Below are positions 1 through 14,065 of a stretch of 64,000 bases of DNA, in pieces. The translations under genes were made by a program, and so were the position numbers. A model generated the notes under the pieces. It did not search any database and had not been told where the DNA came from. It saw only the letters and a program-made list of their open reading frames with translations. Position 1 is the stretch's first letter, and every line of letters begins with the position of its first letter. Origin of the DNA: Octopus bimaculoides (Eukaryota); NCBI RefSeq assembly GCF_001194135.2, contig NC_068981.1, positions 11,349,039-11,413,038 of the forward strand, read 5' to 3'.

Positions 1-22
1 ATATATATATATATATATATAA

Positions 23-2590
23 CATCGGGAGTACGCTAATTCAAACAAAGAAAGAACAAATCACTATTTACAGGATAGACATTCCAACCTCCTCCCCATA
101 AGGAGTTACCAACGGAATTTTTGTTCCAGCAATCTACTAAATAACCATGCACAACAAACCCGTACCAAACGCAATAACTATCAACGACTGCCCCGTAAAA
201 CACCACATCCGAACATGAGATATCGGGACACACCCTTCAATACTGTTCCAAGAATCCACACCATAAATCACGACAGGGCACTCCGCAACAACAAGGAACA
301 ATTACATAATATCTACCGTCCCAACCACCGCAATCCTTTTTTAGATCCAATACGCAAACACAGAGGCACGAGATAGCCCCAAACACAGGAGGAACCAAAA
401 GTGATAAAAATTATTAATCTAACTCACAAAGAACTAACAGCAAACCAAATCGATATACTCTCCGAACGGCTCAAGTTTACACCCACCCCAACGCCCCAAC
501 TACAAAGAAATGAAAGAGGACGTCGCGGAAGTCTGTAGAAATTTACGACTCGCTGAGGAGCTATATGACAAATACAATGAGGGCGAATCGTTAGTCCGAA
601 ACAGAAGTAAGTACACCCTCTGATAAGCTAAGAACAAAACTCTTGATCATTTCTGTGAATAGATCTTGAATTACCCATATCAACAGATACACAAACAAAA
701 ACACAAACCAAATTTCAGCAAAGAAAGAATAGGCTGAGCTGAACAAATTAAAAGTTAACAAAACAATAACACTCAAAGAAGCTGATAAAGGGAGCGCAGT
801 TGTCTTAATGGATACGGTTTACTATATAACTCTAGTACTATCCATATTGGAATACACAACATATTATGAAAAGGCCCAACACTACAGTCAGCAGAAAATA
901 ATGAGAGACCTAAAATCCATGTTAAAACTATACAGAGAAGGGCTCACCGATAAAGAATTTGACTATATGATCAATTTCAAAAGTAAAACCTGTCAATTCT
1001 ACGGTATTCCCAAGACACACAAAAATGAGAAAATAAGTAACACATGCAGGAAAGCCACAGACATAATAATCAAAGTCCCTACTCCTAATGACCTCAAATT
1101 GAGACCTATAATAGCAGGTCCCGCATGCGAAACCCACCGCCTCAGTATCTCTTTAGATACCCTCTTAAAACCATTCCTCAAGCATGTCGAAAGCTACAGA
1201 AGGGACGTCCTGGATATGCTCAATTGTCTTCCTGAGACAATAAACAAAAACACCCTACTAGTATCCATCGATGTAGTCAACCTCTATTCCAATATCCCCC
1301 ACAATCTAGGAATAGAGGCAATTCAATTCTGGCTTGAGAATTACGTCAACGAACTCCCACATCGCATCAAAAAAGAATTCGTGATAGAAAGGCTAAAATT
1401 CATCTTGGAGTATAACTACTTTGTCTTCAAAAACAACTTCTATCGACAAAAATCGGGGACTGCGATGGGTACGAGAATGCTCCCCCCTCCTTTGCTAACC
1501 TATTCATGGGATATCTAGAAATTAGTCTTTATCGTAAGGTATTAGAAAAATACGGCAGACCATTCTCCCTCTACATAGAAAATAGCTGGAAGAGATACCT
1601 GGATGACTGTTTCATTCTTTGGCATGAAAGTATAGAGAGACTTAAAGAATTCCAAGCACTTATAAATGGACTTGTCGTAAACACTCAATTCACGATGAAA
1701 TATAGCCATCAACAACTTCCCTTCCTCGACATCCTCATTAAGAAATCTAACGACGTAATAGAAACAGATATATACTATAAGCCCACAGACTCCAAGCAAT
1801 ATCTACGGTTCAACTCATGCCAGCCCAAACACACTAGAATGAATATCCCCTTCAACCTGGCAAAAAGGATATGTACTATAATTTCTAATGCAAGCACCAG
1901 AGACACACGATACATGAACTAAAGGATACACTCATCATATAGGAACTACCCACCATCACTAATTGACACATGCTTCCAACGTGCCCTTCAACTCAACATC
2001 CACGAACTCAGACATCACAAATTAAAGAAGGATTTACGACCAAAAGCCCTACCATACATCTCCACACACAACCCTCTTAACAATGAAGCCCTTGATACCA
2101 TCCTTCAAAACATTCCCCTGCTAAAAAAGGACCACAGAATGAACTTAATCCTCCATGCACACACCATTATAAAGAGCAAGAGACAACCCAAATATATGAA
2201 AAGTCTCCTAACATAAGCCTGAACACTCTCAAAAACGACCCTGAATCCGTCAGCAAAAAAATGTGGAAGACCCAACTGTGGGATATGCGTCAATTTAATT
2301 GAGGTATCAGAGTTCTCCTTCAAACAAGGACAACGTTCCACAGTGAAAAGCAACTTCACATGTGCTTCGGAGAACCTGATGTACGCACTAACCTATTCTG
2401 GGTGTCAAGAGCAATACATAGGACCCCCCCCCACAAAAAAAAATGTCTACGTCAAAGGATGGCTTTGCACAGATCCCAGATCAAAATACCGAAAAACAGA
2501 AAAAAAGCATTCAGCCTAAACATCGACATTTGCGCCAATAACAAAATTCCCAGCTAATCCACATAAATCCAAATATTTAAATGTATGTAA
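23..2590 (+). mobile_element. Decayed Penelope-like retroelement (RT + C-terminal GIY-YIG; Neptune-like Cys linker)
   Basis: Frameshifted pieces in the expected order: N-terminal KIINLTHKELT..ILSERLKFTPTP (~407-490); RT motifs KLRPIIAG, SIDVVNLYSNIPH and YRQKSGTAMGT (ORF 808-1518); RYLDD at 1593-1607 and LPFLD/YYKPTD thumb (ORF 1506-1922); C-x4-C-x2-C linker CGRPNCGIC (2262-2288); GIY-YIG-like NLMYALTYSGCQEQYIG (~2370-2423) and LRQRMALHRSQI. The plus strand is A/C-rich. Confidence 0.93.
808..1922 (+). pseudogene. Penelope-like reverse transcriptase, split by a frameshift near the C-run at ~1480-1490
   Basis: ORFs 808-1518 and 1506-1922 join as GTRM(A)PSFANLFMGYLE...WKRYLDDCF once one frameshift is allowed. 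Confidence 0.9.
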
Positions 2591-3096
2591 GTAGATTGTC
2601 TTAACCGAATTTGCTTTCGTTTGATTTCTATAGTTATCACAAGTGTATTTTTTGCGATTTAATAACAAGTTTTGACTGTTATTTCAAGCAGGTTCATATA
2701 CTTAGTATGTCCTTTGATTAATTTTGATTCCTCGGCTATTTAAATGCTATTTTTTAGCTTGTTGTCGCCTGAATCATTGATTCTGTTATTATCATTCTTA
2801 AAATAGTTACTTTGGATAATGATAGAATTAATGATACTTTCGTAAATTAATTTATATATAGACATGTATATATATATATNNNNNNNNNNNNNNNNNNNNN
2901 NNNNNNNNNNNNNNNNNNNNNNNNNNNNNNNNNNNNNNNNNNNNNNNNNNNNNNNNNNNNNNNNNNNNNNNNNNNNNNNNNNNNNNNNNNNNNNNNNNNN
3001 NNNNNNNNNNNNNNNNNNNNNNNNNNNNNNNNNNNNNNNNNNNNNNNNNNNNNNNNNNNNNNNNNNNNNNNNNNNNNNNNNNNNNNNNNNNNNNNN

Positions 3097-3140
<44 letters not shown>

Positions 3141-3360
3141 AATGTGTGTGTGTGTGTGTATGTCTTCTGTCAAGAGTTTTCAACGACATATTTTATCTGC
3201 AACTTCAAATCCGTTGGATATATTGCTTCCACGTTTCGGTTCGAAGATGTAGATACACTGTGTGTGGGTGTTTATATACGTATGTATATATTTATATATG
3301 CGCGTGTATATATGCATATTTCTATACAGATATGTATATATATATCTGTGTGTGTATATA

Positions 3361-3391
<31 letters not shown>

Positions 3392-4974
3392 ATGTATATA
3401 TATGCATATACGTATATATACTTATATGCGTGTGTGTTTGCGTGTATGCATTTATGTATATATGTATACATACATTTGTTACACAGTAAATATTCAGCAG
3501 AAATGGCTACTGTGTGTTCTATAACTGTAACGTGTCTGATAACTATGTCTCCGTATGACGTTTCTTTATTTCCATTTAAAAGTTCTCTTGGGCGGAATTT
3601 AAACAACAGTAGTCTTTTGTTTTGTTTCACTTTACTTTTTCTTAACCGTCCAAGTAAATTATCTTCTAAATATCGAAAGTGGCAAGTGTGGCATTAATTT
3701 CAATGTGTCTGTTAATGAAGTAGAAAATAGTAGCTTTTGCTATAGTTCGAAGCGTGGATTAACCTGGTGGAAATGTCTGGCGCCATTTGTCTTGAGAACT
3801 TAAATTTCCTAAACATCATTTTGAACGGATGACTGCAATTCAAAAATTAGTATGCATCGAGTAGAATCACAGATTTTACAAACTTGCTGTGTTGCCTAAG
3901 AACGAACAGTGTTTTATTTATTCTGTACTTATATCAGGTAAGTCTTTACGAACTGATGCCAACAACAATGCTAGTATAGAGAAGTTTTTGGAAATGAAGT
4001 TGATGTCACGACTGTGAGCTAGCAATAAATTTGTTATTAAGTCTTGAGAATACTTTATAACTTTTCTTCTTTCAAGGATTATATAGGGGGTAGAAATGTA
4101 TAAAAGACACCTAGTAATATTATACTAAGTTAAATGTTTGCATATATAGATACTGTTGTTTACTCCTTAGTAGGGCCAACCAAACCGTAGTCATTTGGTC
4201 GTGTTCCGTCAGTTCGAGAACTATTGTATGTAACATCGTCCTTCTTTTATAAGCTATGTATCAGGGAGCTATGGCTGCTGTGTCTAGTTAATCGATTCTC
4301 TTGAAAATGAAGTATAGTACCCATATTTAGCGCTGGGGTTAATGCGGTTGATGTCCAAATGCAGTGTTCGTCATTCCATGCCTGCAGCAGAACATAGAAA
4401 AGGATAGATACTCAATGAAATGAAATTCTAGAGATTAAGAATCGATCATAGTATGGGTGAGTGATCGGAAGTGGTGTGTGCATCGATTATAACTTGGTGC
4501 ACCCCATTAATTCACAGGTCTGCCAGTCTCTATTTCGGGCAAGTATTATCCCTTAACCTTCTATCCTTAGTGAATCTTTTGAATGACATTGGGTAGATAT
4601 AAATTATTTGGAAACTTTTGGAATAAAGTTTTACTCGCAGCCACTTCACACTCTGTCGTATTTATTCGATGTCAGAAATATGCGCCTGTAGAATATTCAG
4701 TCACTTGTAAATAAAGTCATTAGTAAGTAGTACAGTCGGTCCAATAATTGAATTGGCGTCCTTTATTCACTTATTTACTGTTACTAAAGAGAGAACACGG
4801 CACGTCTGTAGTCAAGAACCTGTTACGGAGTCAATGCCAGTTATCCAAGTGATCTGTTAGGTATGTAGTCCTGTATGTTTGTGTGTTTTAGAAACACTAC
4901 TCTGCGCTTTGTATAAGTAATTATTGGTATTATTCGAACACTTTAGTGTTCTCTTGAAAAAACTAATCGTTTGA

Positions 4975-5330
4975 ATGCCGGTGCTCTTGCATGGTAAATA
5001 TCTAACACAAGTATGTGCGGACTTAAAACAATTCTGGGTTAGTTTTGGGGGTACTCTAAGACCACTGGTTGGGAGGTACTCCTTAGCTAATGTCTACGAG
5101 AAACTGTTTCGGCATATACACCGTCGGTATGAGAAGATGGGCAGCCTGGGAAAGGCAGCAGCAAGCATAACCGTTGCTGTCTGAGAGTGCCTGGCAAGAG
5201 GTGACGACTAAATGACTCAACTCCGACACGAAATCGAGGCGGAAGAGAACGTCGATCCTGCAAGGAAGTCGCAGCAAATAGGTTAAGTATCAAACCCACG
5301 CCAAGAATGTTCATTCATTCTTGGAAAGTT
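4975..5330 (+). mobile_element. Possible decayed RTE-clade LINE 3' fragment
   Basis: GC-richer patch whose broken frames give GGTP.L...AAWE..A... and K.RRKR, resembling the RTE C-terminal GRP..R...WE..A.DR..WR..KR.RRK pattern; many stops. Confidence 0.3.
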
Positions 5331-7544
5331 CAGAAGAAATGTATGTTAAATATAACCAAAAACCTTATGTTGCTTAGAAGTATAGAAAATTAATGTTCAT
5401 AGAATACTTAAGTATAGAATATTTAAAAATAGAAATATTGCGCTGCATTGCAGAATGTCAGATAATGATTAACATGTTGAGATGAACAAAATGCAGAAAC
5501 CTGTAAAAGGGGATATTATTTATTGATTTGTGGGTGGCTATTATTGATATACAGCATATTGCAATGTACGATAAATAATACTGTTTTAAACATTGCAAAC
5601 ATGCATGATCAAAGCTGCATGTACTATTATTGATATCCAGAAAAAATATATTAAATACTGCAAATTCCAAACAAGTATGTTGTAATAATTAAATGAATAC
5701 TGCCAACTTGAAATAGATTGTATTAAACAGCGTAATGGTAACTAACTTAATAGTTTAGTAGCGTAAAGAATATTAAAGTACTGATGTCTCACTCATAATT
5801 CTGCTGGGAATTTGGATCGTATTTTGGGTTCAAATATGTTAAAACTATGTAAAATGTTCTTGTTTCATGATTACGTAGATTAACTATGAAGATAAATCTT
5901 TATGTCTGACACTGAAATTAGTCGAGATAATATCCTCATCGAGCTGCATATATATATATATATATAGACATACCAGCGTCAAAACATCTGATTATTTCGA
6001 AATGCAAAAAGTAATTATCTATTCTTTTGTCATTGAATTTCCTGCAACCGTTTCTAGAATTGAGAGAATATCTTTTAAGTTCTAAACATTAAAAAACCTA
6101 TGTCTCGGAATGCAGACTAGATGGTTAAAACACTGCTTGTGATAAGTGAAACATGAAAATAAGCCGAGCTTTCCACAACTGCAACTACCACTTAGATGCT
6201 GTGCGGTGGAAGAAAAAAATCTTTATCTTATTTCTCTAAGGAGTTTCATAAATCGAACCAAAACTCAAAATTACTCAAAAATGAAAATGCTTTCTTATAT
6301 CGAAACAGGCCCAACTATTTCTAAGGTAAAGGATCACCGATTGCTTCGCTCGCCAACACAATTGACGGATATTTTTTTTCCTAACTTGGACAGATAAATT
6401 ATTAAACAGAAGCTGGTCGGATTTGAACTGAAGTACTAAAGACATGTAAATTCAGTAGGGCAGTTTCTTTACAGCTTTACCGATTGTACCGTATTACAAT
6501 TAACTTCTGATGAAAGGTGAAATGTATTTTGTTGAACTGTATCATACTATCATATCGAACAAACCTTAAATAATTAGCATTCGATTACCAAGGGAAGAGT
6601 GATATATAAAATGAACTGCTTTCAATTTGGTGATACATTCACTGGGACTGCTTCGCTCTACTCCTTTTTAAAAATATATGTGTGACATATTCAACCAGTA
6701 TGTTAAAGCAGAGTAGCCTCACATACAAATAATACAGAAAGGACAAACAATTAGCTTTTGTGTATGAAAAACCTCCACAAATAGAAGCATTACTGCAAGC
6801 TTGGCATACCATTGTTGGAAAGAGTAAATTGGGATTGGGGTTTGAAATGGCACCATACACCAAATATATATATTACTACCTGTAGCGATAGTAATATCAT
6901 GATAGTTAAAAGATGCAGAACGATGGGATGAAAGGAAACAGATTACAGAATACACCAGAAATAATGGAATAGCGAAAAGCGCTGGAAAGAATATTCTATG
7001 TTCCTGAAATTAATACTTCATATCGAAAAAAAAAATAAAAAGATACAAAATGGAAAATTAATTACTTACAATAATTCCGCATTTACGGTAATAAATTATA
7101 GTTATAAGAGAATCTGGGATCGAAGTGAATTGAAAGACCACAAACTAAAACAATGGAAATAAGTTCGGAACGAGGCTATGTCCATTACATCGAGCCAGCA
7201 CTTGATTAGTATTTTATTTTATCGACCTCGAAACTATGAATTGTGAAGTTGATGTCGGTGGGAATTAAACATAGAACGGAAGAAACTAGAAGAAAAAGCA
7301 TTTTGTCCGGTGTTGTAAAGGCTCTGACAGACAACTCTTTTGAAATGTGATAAGAAATATATGTAGAAAGCACCGTTCCAAACATGACACTCATTCAACA
7401 TTCAGAATATTTATCATTATATCATGAGATAGGCTATAAATTTAAGACGGAAGTATCCAGAAATATAAAAGAGGAATATTACAATTAACTTCGAAAAACG
7501 AACAAATAAGATTTAGTTCATTTTGTTTAAGAAAATACGATAAA

Positions 7545-7710
7545 TAGGCGTGGACATGACTGTGTTGTTAAGATACCTATTTAGCAGATATATGATTTCG
7601 GGTTCAGTTTTACCGTGCGCCAACTTGGGCAAGTGCCTTCCACTATGGCTGCGGGTGAAGTCACTTAACAGAAACTGTGTGAGAAACTGTGGTGTGTGTG
7701 TATGCATGTA
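7545..7710 (+). mobile_element. tRNA-derived SINE family A, diverged 5' half
   Basis: Similar to the head of the 15949-16350 copy (gggttcagt...gtgcg..cttgggcaagtg.cttc.actat); runs into microsatellite and gap. Confidence 0.7.
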
Positions 7711-8056
7711 TATATATNNNNNNNNNNNNNNNNNNNNNNNNNNNNNNNNNNNNNNNNNNNNNNNNNNNNNNNNNNNNNNNNNNNNNNNNNNNNNNNNNNN
7801 NNNNNNNNNNNNNNNNNNNNNNNNNNNNNNNNNNNNNNNNNNNNNNNNNNNNNNNNNNNNNNNNNNNNNNNNNNNNNNNNNNNNNNNNNNNNNNNNNNNN
7901 NNNNNNNNNNNNNNNNNNNNNNNNNNNNNNNNNNNNNNNNNNNNNNNNNNNNNNNNNNNNNNNNNNNNNNNNNNNNNNNNNNNNTGTGTGTGTGTGTGTA
8001 TTAAAGAGTTAAAGATCATAGAGTAACCATTGCTTTCGCACCTCTACAATGCTTAG

Positions 8057-9366
8057 CAGTATATGTGACTTGCGAGACTCAAATTGCTGAGGGCCCATTA
8101 TAAACTCCTTAAAAGGTATATTGATTTAATGGGTTTAACATTTCATTTTTGGACAAAACCTTTCTTGTTTGAAACTCTAATTCTCCTCTTTATTTTTCAG
8201 GTAAATAGCGAACTGATTCGACAACAGAAAGTCATGGATCAACAGAATCGTTCCGCCATTTCCGCGCACCGGCACATTGCCAATAAATTTGATAAGTTGA
8301 CGAAACTTCAAAAAGCAACAGTTTATCGTGTGTATAAACAATTTAAAAAAACAGAGAAAGATTGATAGAAAAGAACACAAGACTCGAAGTGATTCCAAGC
8401 GCGCCCAAAATTTCTCACTGGTCTGAAACGCTCGATTGAAATCATCCCATCCACATCCATGTGGATGGGGTGACTTCTCTTCCAAAGAAACGCAATGTGT
8501 CCCTTTCCACGGTGTCCAGAAATGTGAACAGGACCCTTGGCATGACTAGCTATGTTCGACGACGCCTTCACCTCCTAATAGGGAAGTCCAAAGCAATCAG
8601 AGTTGAGAGATGCCCAAAGCGTCTGTGAATCATCAAGCATGAAGGTGCAGGAAAAACTCTCGTGTTTGTAGACGAGAATTTCACTCTGGACGTTGAGGTG
8701 AATCGTAGAAATTCTCGAGTGATTGCATACAACACTTCTGACGCCCCACTGTGTTTGGGACTAAGAATTCTGCCTCTGTTATGGTATTTTAAACCGTGAT
8801 GTGTGATGGAATTGTCATGGACCCACACTTCATTGAGTCTCACTTGAAAATCAGTGGAAAAGAGTATCTGAAAATCCTGAAGAACTCTCTGTTACCTTAG
8901 ATGGAGCAGAGGCTTGGTCTTGACAATGTGGTGCTTATTTAGAATTGTGCAGCATGCCATGGGTCAAAAGCATCAGAGACCTTCCTTGGTTAGAAGGTGC
9001 AATTTTTGTGCGGGCCAACGTCTGGCCCAGTACTTGCCCAGATCTCAAACTTCTCGTTTACATTTTAGGAGTCGTACTTCAACCAAGGACTAATGCTTCA
9101 TCACACTCGAGAGTTAAAAGCTTGAAGACGTGAATCGTGCGTGCGACACGCACAGTCAAAAAGGAAGAGGTTACAGCAGCTGCAAAAACTTTCGTTCTCG
9201 TGTGGATGCAGTAATTGCTCAAAAGGGTAGCCATATGGGGAGATAAAGTTTTTTGTTTTAATAAATGTTACATATAAAGTGTACCTGTCTGCAGTCATTA
9301 TTTTAGTATTCATAACCAGTTTTATGCATCGTAAAAATTGTCTCAATTAAACTGAAAGATACTGTA
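8057..9366 (+). mobile_element. Decayed Tc1/mariner-superfamily transposon, DD37D (maT)-like
   Basis: HTH-like ATVYRVYKQFKKT (~8316-8355); LVFVDE.NFTLDVEVNRRNSRVIA (~8658-8730); EYLKILKNSLLP; degenerate Q(D)..A.CH (~8940); WPSTCPDLKLL resembling WPxxSPDLNPLD (~9023-9056). Right end ...gatactg|TA. Left TIR is only weakly similar. Confidence 0.85.
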
Positions 9367-9994
9367 TATATTGGGGTGAAAAAATGTATAGTATAGCAAA
9401 TGCACAAACGAAGAATAAAAAAAAACAACAACATATAATGAATGCACAAACGAACGGAAAAACGTATACTGAGTGCACAAACGGACAGAAAACAGACGCA
9501 GTTATCAGCTAGATGGTATTACTCCGTTTCGTACCATTAATGATGAGACTGACATACTTTCATGCTGACGGTTCCCTCGAAATTTGCGGAGAATATTGGA
9601 CCGGGATCAAATAATACGTGGATAACAGTCGATTAAGAATTAGACATTCGAAAGTGAATAAATACGATTCATGACAATGGCGGTCGGACGAAATAAATAA
9701 TTGTCTTATCGACACTTAAAGGCAAAGTCGACCCCTATGGAATTTCAACTAAAAAAATAAGGACAGAAGAAATGTCGCTCATGATTTTGCTTGGCGCGCT
9801 GACGATTCTGCCAAGTCGAAATCTTTGAAATGTTGATGAAATAATTCAAATAGGGCGCAATGAACACTAACAAAATGGTAAAAGTATCCAAATATTAGTA
9901 CCGAGAAATAGAGGTAACCATAATATGAGGAAGGGAATCATAATATTATCTGGATAATGTTAAGTACATTGTTGTTTCTTATATTCAACGCATG

Positions 9995-10250
9995 TTAAAA
10001 TGTCACATAATTAACAGGAATTTAAGCACATTTTAAAATTTCACATAATTAACTGAAAATTAAACACATGTTAAAATTTCACATAAATAAAAGGAAATTA
10101 AACACGTAAAAATTTCACATAATTAACAAAAAATTTAACTTTTAAATTTCACATAATTAGGAGCAACATTTAACACATGTCAACATTTCACATAATTAAC
10201 AGGAAATTAAACACGTTAAAATTAAACACATATTAAAATTTTACACATTA
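9995..10250. repeat. AT-rich minisatellite, ~36-40-bp unit, ~6-7 degenerate copies
   Basis: Recurring ttaaaatttcacataattaacaggaaattaaacacatg-like unit; the core tttcacataatta recurs with variants. Confidence 0.9.
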
Positions 10251-10924
10251 TATATATAATGTAAGTTACTGGACATATATTACTAAATTGCTATTCCGTA
10301 GACGAAGAATAACATAAGACAAAGCCTTGTTCGCAGCCATGGCAGAATAAACTCCGTACATTAAAATTTTTAATGACTGAGATATAATTCATTCACGCGG
10401 TCCTAAGTACTTACTAGAACAACGATCATATGGAAAGTTTACTTAAAACTACTACTGAAATTTCAACTCTGTGTGTAAAGAGATATAATTAAATGACACG
10501 AATTATTTATTCCATTTTCTATTGAATTTACCATTCGCAAAAAATATATATTCTTATCAACGAGCCAATTCCAGTTATAACATAAGAAGATCTAGAAATA
10601 GAGATAACCAAAATATTTGGCAATATGAGCTGAAATAAAAAGAAATAATCCCCCATTATAATTGGTAGAAGGAATATGGTAAAAGAAAAAGCAGGAGAAT
10701 ACAGAAGCACCATGACTTACAAGGTAGTATTATGCGGAAAATAACGCCAGTGGGCAGCCGTTTGTATACAGTAGGATAGTCTAAACAGTGCATCTACTCA
10801 TAACACACAGAACTCGGTGAAAGCACGCATTGAAAATAAGACAGTTGAAAAAATATGATAATATAGCATGACCAAAAATAAAGAAAAAGATGTGAACGCA
10901 ACGAAGAAAAGACAGAGAGGAAAG

Positions 10925-11016
10925 AGAAGAAGAAGAAGAAGAAGAAGAAGAAGAAGAAGAAGAAGAAGAAGAAGAAGAAGAAGAAGAAGAAGAAGAAGAA
11001 GAAGAAGAAGAAGAAG

Positions 11017-11050
<34 letters not shown>

Positions 11051-11063
11051 GCGACGACGACAA
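10925..11063. repeat. Compound trinucleotide microsatellite (AAG)n-(AAC)n
   Basis: Directly visible; explains the poly-R/T and poly-F/L ORFs. Confidence 0.98.
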
Positions 11064-12589
11064 CAAAGGAGGAGTTCAATAAGAGACAGATTGAGAAGTT
11101 AAAATCAGATTAGAAATAAAGCCAGTAGCTGTCTATAATTGGATTTCTATTCCGTGTACATATGTTGAAAGTTGGTTGCACGAACGTTTAAGAGTTTTGT
11201 TTTCGTTACTATTAGTCTGTCGCATATAGAACTTCATAATATCATCTGGAAACGTCGCATCATAACATGTTTTCAATGAAATAATATACATCTACTGAAG
11301 TGTTGTAGTCAACATTCTGGAATTAGTTTTAATTTAGGAGATGAGTTTAAAAAATAAACTAATTTCAGTTTTTGCTTAAATAATTACATACTTCTCAACC
11401 TATTTCTTTATAGTCTGTCACAGAAGCCGTTCATACTTTTACGAAATAGCGTTGTGGAAACGCCTCCTCCCGATGTCTGGCATTTCCTTCCCACAAAACA
11501 ACAGATTATTTTAATCAAATAAATGGCAATTTTTGCAGTGCTCAGGGTTTTATTAACTTTTAATTTTTTTGTTGTGACCCACATGTGCTTTTTATGGATA
11601 TTTGTGCGGACACTAGCGCGCTTAAGTTTTATGACAATTATTAAAGAAAGCCAGAAGCGTGTTCAGTTTCGTTTTTGTTCACGGAAAACGCTGTCACATT
11701 CGTATTTTATCCTGTTAAACTTTTTTTAAATGTGCTTAAAATCTTATTATTTTTACCTACTTATGCTTTCAACAAAAAAACCACGAACCATCTGAGACAG
11801 TGCCGAGTAGGGTTTTCCACATCATATTTTCCGACATGACAACGCTTCCAAGAGAACTTTATCACTAAGATTAAGTACCACTGTGCTGCAGGAATCACTA
11901 AACAATTTTAATTATTTGTTATTGCTCCTGTCAACTGCAAGTGCAAAGTACTTAAAATAACATCAGCAAAACCGATTTGTACATTAAAAGTACATAAGTA
12001 TGTTAGCATTCGTTTTAATTATATTCTTGTGTTGTTTAGCTTCAAGTCAACATTCATTAAAGCGCCCTTTGATTACTGCTGTTTTAAATGTGATTGGTCC
12101 ATATATTGTTTTGTCAGTGAGCATCAAGAAATTCATTATCCAAACGTTTTTCTTTGCTTACGAAGATGTCAGACTCCGCCGTAAGCATGTACATTGATTG
12201 AATTTTATGAAATAATCTCTCCCTCTTTTAGTGTCGTTAAAAACTGCCAGTAGGTTTTTGTTTCTATTCTGCAACTAAAATAGACATTCTACTTAATTAT
12301 GATTTTCTTTGCTCGCAGTCTTTCTTATCTCAAAACTTAATTCACACATATTCATACTAATCGTCTATTTAAGAAATTTCATTTAACATATTTTATTGCT
12401 TCAATTATACAAAATATGTGGCCACAAATTATATAGTAGACAATTAATATATCAAAATTTTTGCCTACGAATTCGACAAGATTACACTATGCTGACAAGA
12501 TATGATTAAAATCTGTCTCAGGACCACAGCACGTGAATTCGAAACTTAACCTAGAATATGTTTAAAACAATGAAAATACAGTAATCAAC

Positions 12590-12740
12590 TATGAACCGGG
12601 TGACAATCTTCGAAACAGTGTGCACCCCCAACTGCTGACGATACTCATTTTCAGCTTAGAGGACTGGAGTTTAGTGAAACGAATTCCCTAACTCAAGGAA
12701 TCAAAGCTGCTTGGTCCGTGAAGGGGAAGAAACACATCGG
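12590..12740. mobile_element. Old SINE core fragment
   Basis: tactcattttcagct..aggactggag...gtgaaa.gaa.t.c.t.actcaagga resembles the motif at 56530-56640 (actgga...gtgaaatgaagtgttttgctcaa). Confidence 0.45.
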
Positions 12741-13539
12741 TACAATTGCGAGCGCAACACCTCAATCAACATCCTACATGCTTGCATGATATCGCATAAT
12801 AAACTAAACAAATGTTCATATTTGTCCCTCGCATCCTAGTCAATTTTCATTAGGTTTATATTTACTCTCTCCTACTCGGAGATAATTTGATCGCAATGAA
12901 GCATAATATATCTTAAATTTTCCAGACATACCTTATATTTTTCTTCGCGAAGTTCACATCACTAAACACTTAGAAAGTCATACAATACTGCGGCACTCGA
13001 GGCTTCCCCACGGAACGCATATCGCTTAATAAGGACTTAAGTCTATCAACTTACATCGCATATACTTTACGTTATATATTGAGCTTAATCACATTTGAGT
13101 TATTTTTTCCCTTATCGTTTTGGTTATTTATTGAATATGCAATGAATTACTGATCACCAAACATAGGATTGGATATGTGTTATATCATGTTGAGTATACC
13201 ATATATTGTGTGATATACAATGTTGAATATGGAATACAATATTGCATAAATAACAATCCCTCTAACCTGCAAATGCTGAAAATAGTATACAGTGTATAGA
13301 AATTCTTCATATACACAGAATAACTCATCACAGTCTTAATTGATCTGCACGCTAAGTGAACGCGTATAACTATCACTATGGTGATGCTGTTATGTCTTCT
13401 ATTGTTTTATGTCTTATTGTTTCATGCAACTTCGGTATTATACTGGACACACCGCGGATAGTAACCCAATCCGAAAGCGTAGACGTAGACGTACGGAATG
13501 AATATAAACGTACATACGTACGTTCAGAAATGTCTATAT

Positions 13540-13678
13540 GTCTGTACGTACGTATGTATGTATTTATGTATGTATGTATGTAAGAATGTATGTATGTATG
13601 CATACATGTATGTATAAATATGTGCATGTGTATGTATGTGCGTGTTTGCGTGAGTCTGTCTCTCTGTCTGTCTGTCTT

Positions 13679-13756
<78 letters not shown>

Positions 13757-14030
13757 CATATATGTGTGTGTGTGTCTCTGTGTGTGTGTCTGTGTATGTG
13801 TGTGTGTGTGTGTGAGTGTGCGTGCGTATGTATATCTGTATACATATTTGTATACGTTTTTCTCAATATAACAATTCGCTCATCGTTATGTGGGTGTGTA
13901 TGTGGTGTGGGTATCTCTACACAAACACATGTGCGTATATGCTTGAACGCAAGGCCGGAATTATACATAGCCACAGCCACTGCGAGTAGACGCCTATGTA
14001 TATATGTATGTATATATGTATGTATGTATG

Positions 14031-14064
<34 letters not shown>

Positions 14065-14065
14065 G
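13540..14065. repeat. Compound microsatellite (TATG)n/(TCTG)n/(TC)n/(TA)n/(TG)n
   Basis: Directly visible. Confidence 0.95.

Noticed and set aside
3200-3250. Minus-strand cttc...ccGAAAcgt.gaag, a possible hammerhead remnant
   Set aside because: The CUGANGA half of the core is absent.
6506-6530. CTGATGA-aaggt-GAAA hammerhead-like core
   Set aside because: No credible stem I or stem II pairing.
12000-12197. 65-aa ORF with a signal-peptide-like start (MLAFVLIIFLCCLASSQ)
   Set aside because: No good donor site or homology; hydrophobic runs are expected from T-rich DNA.
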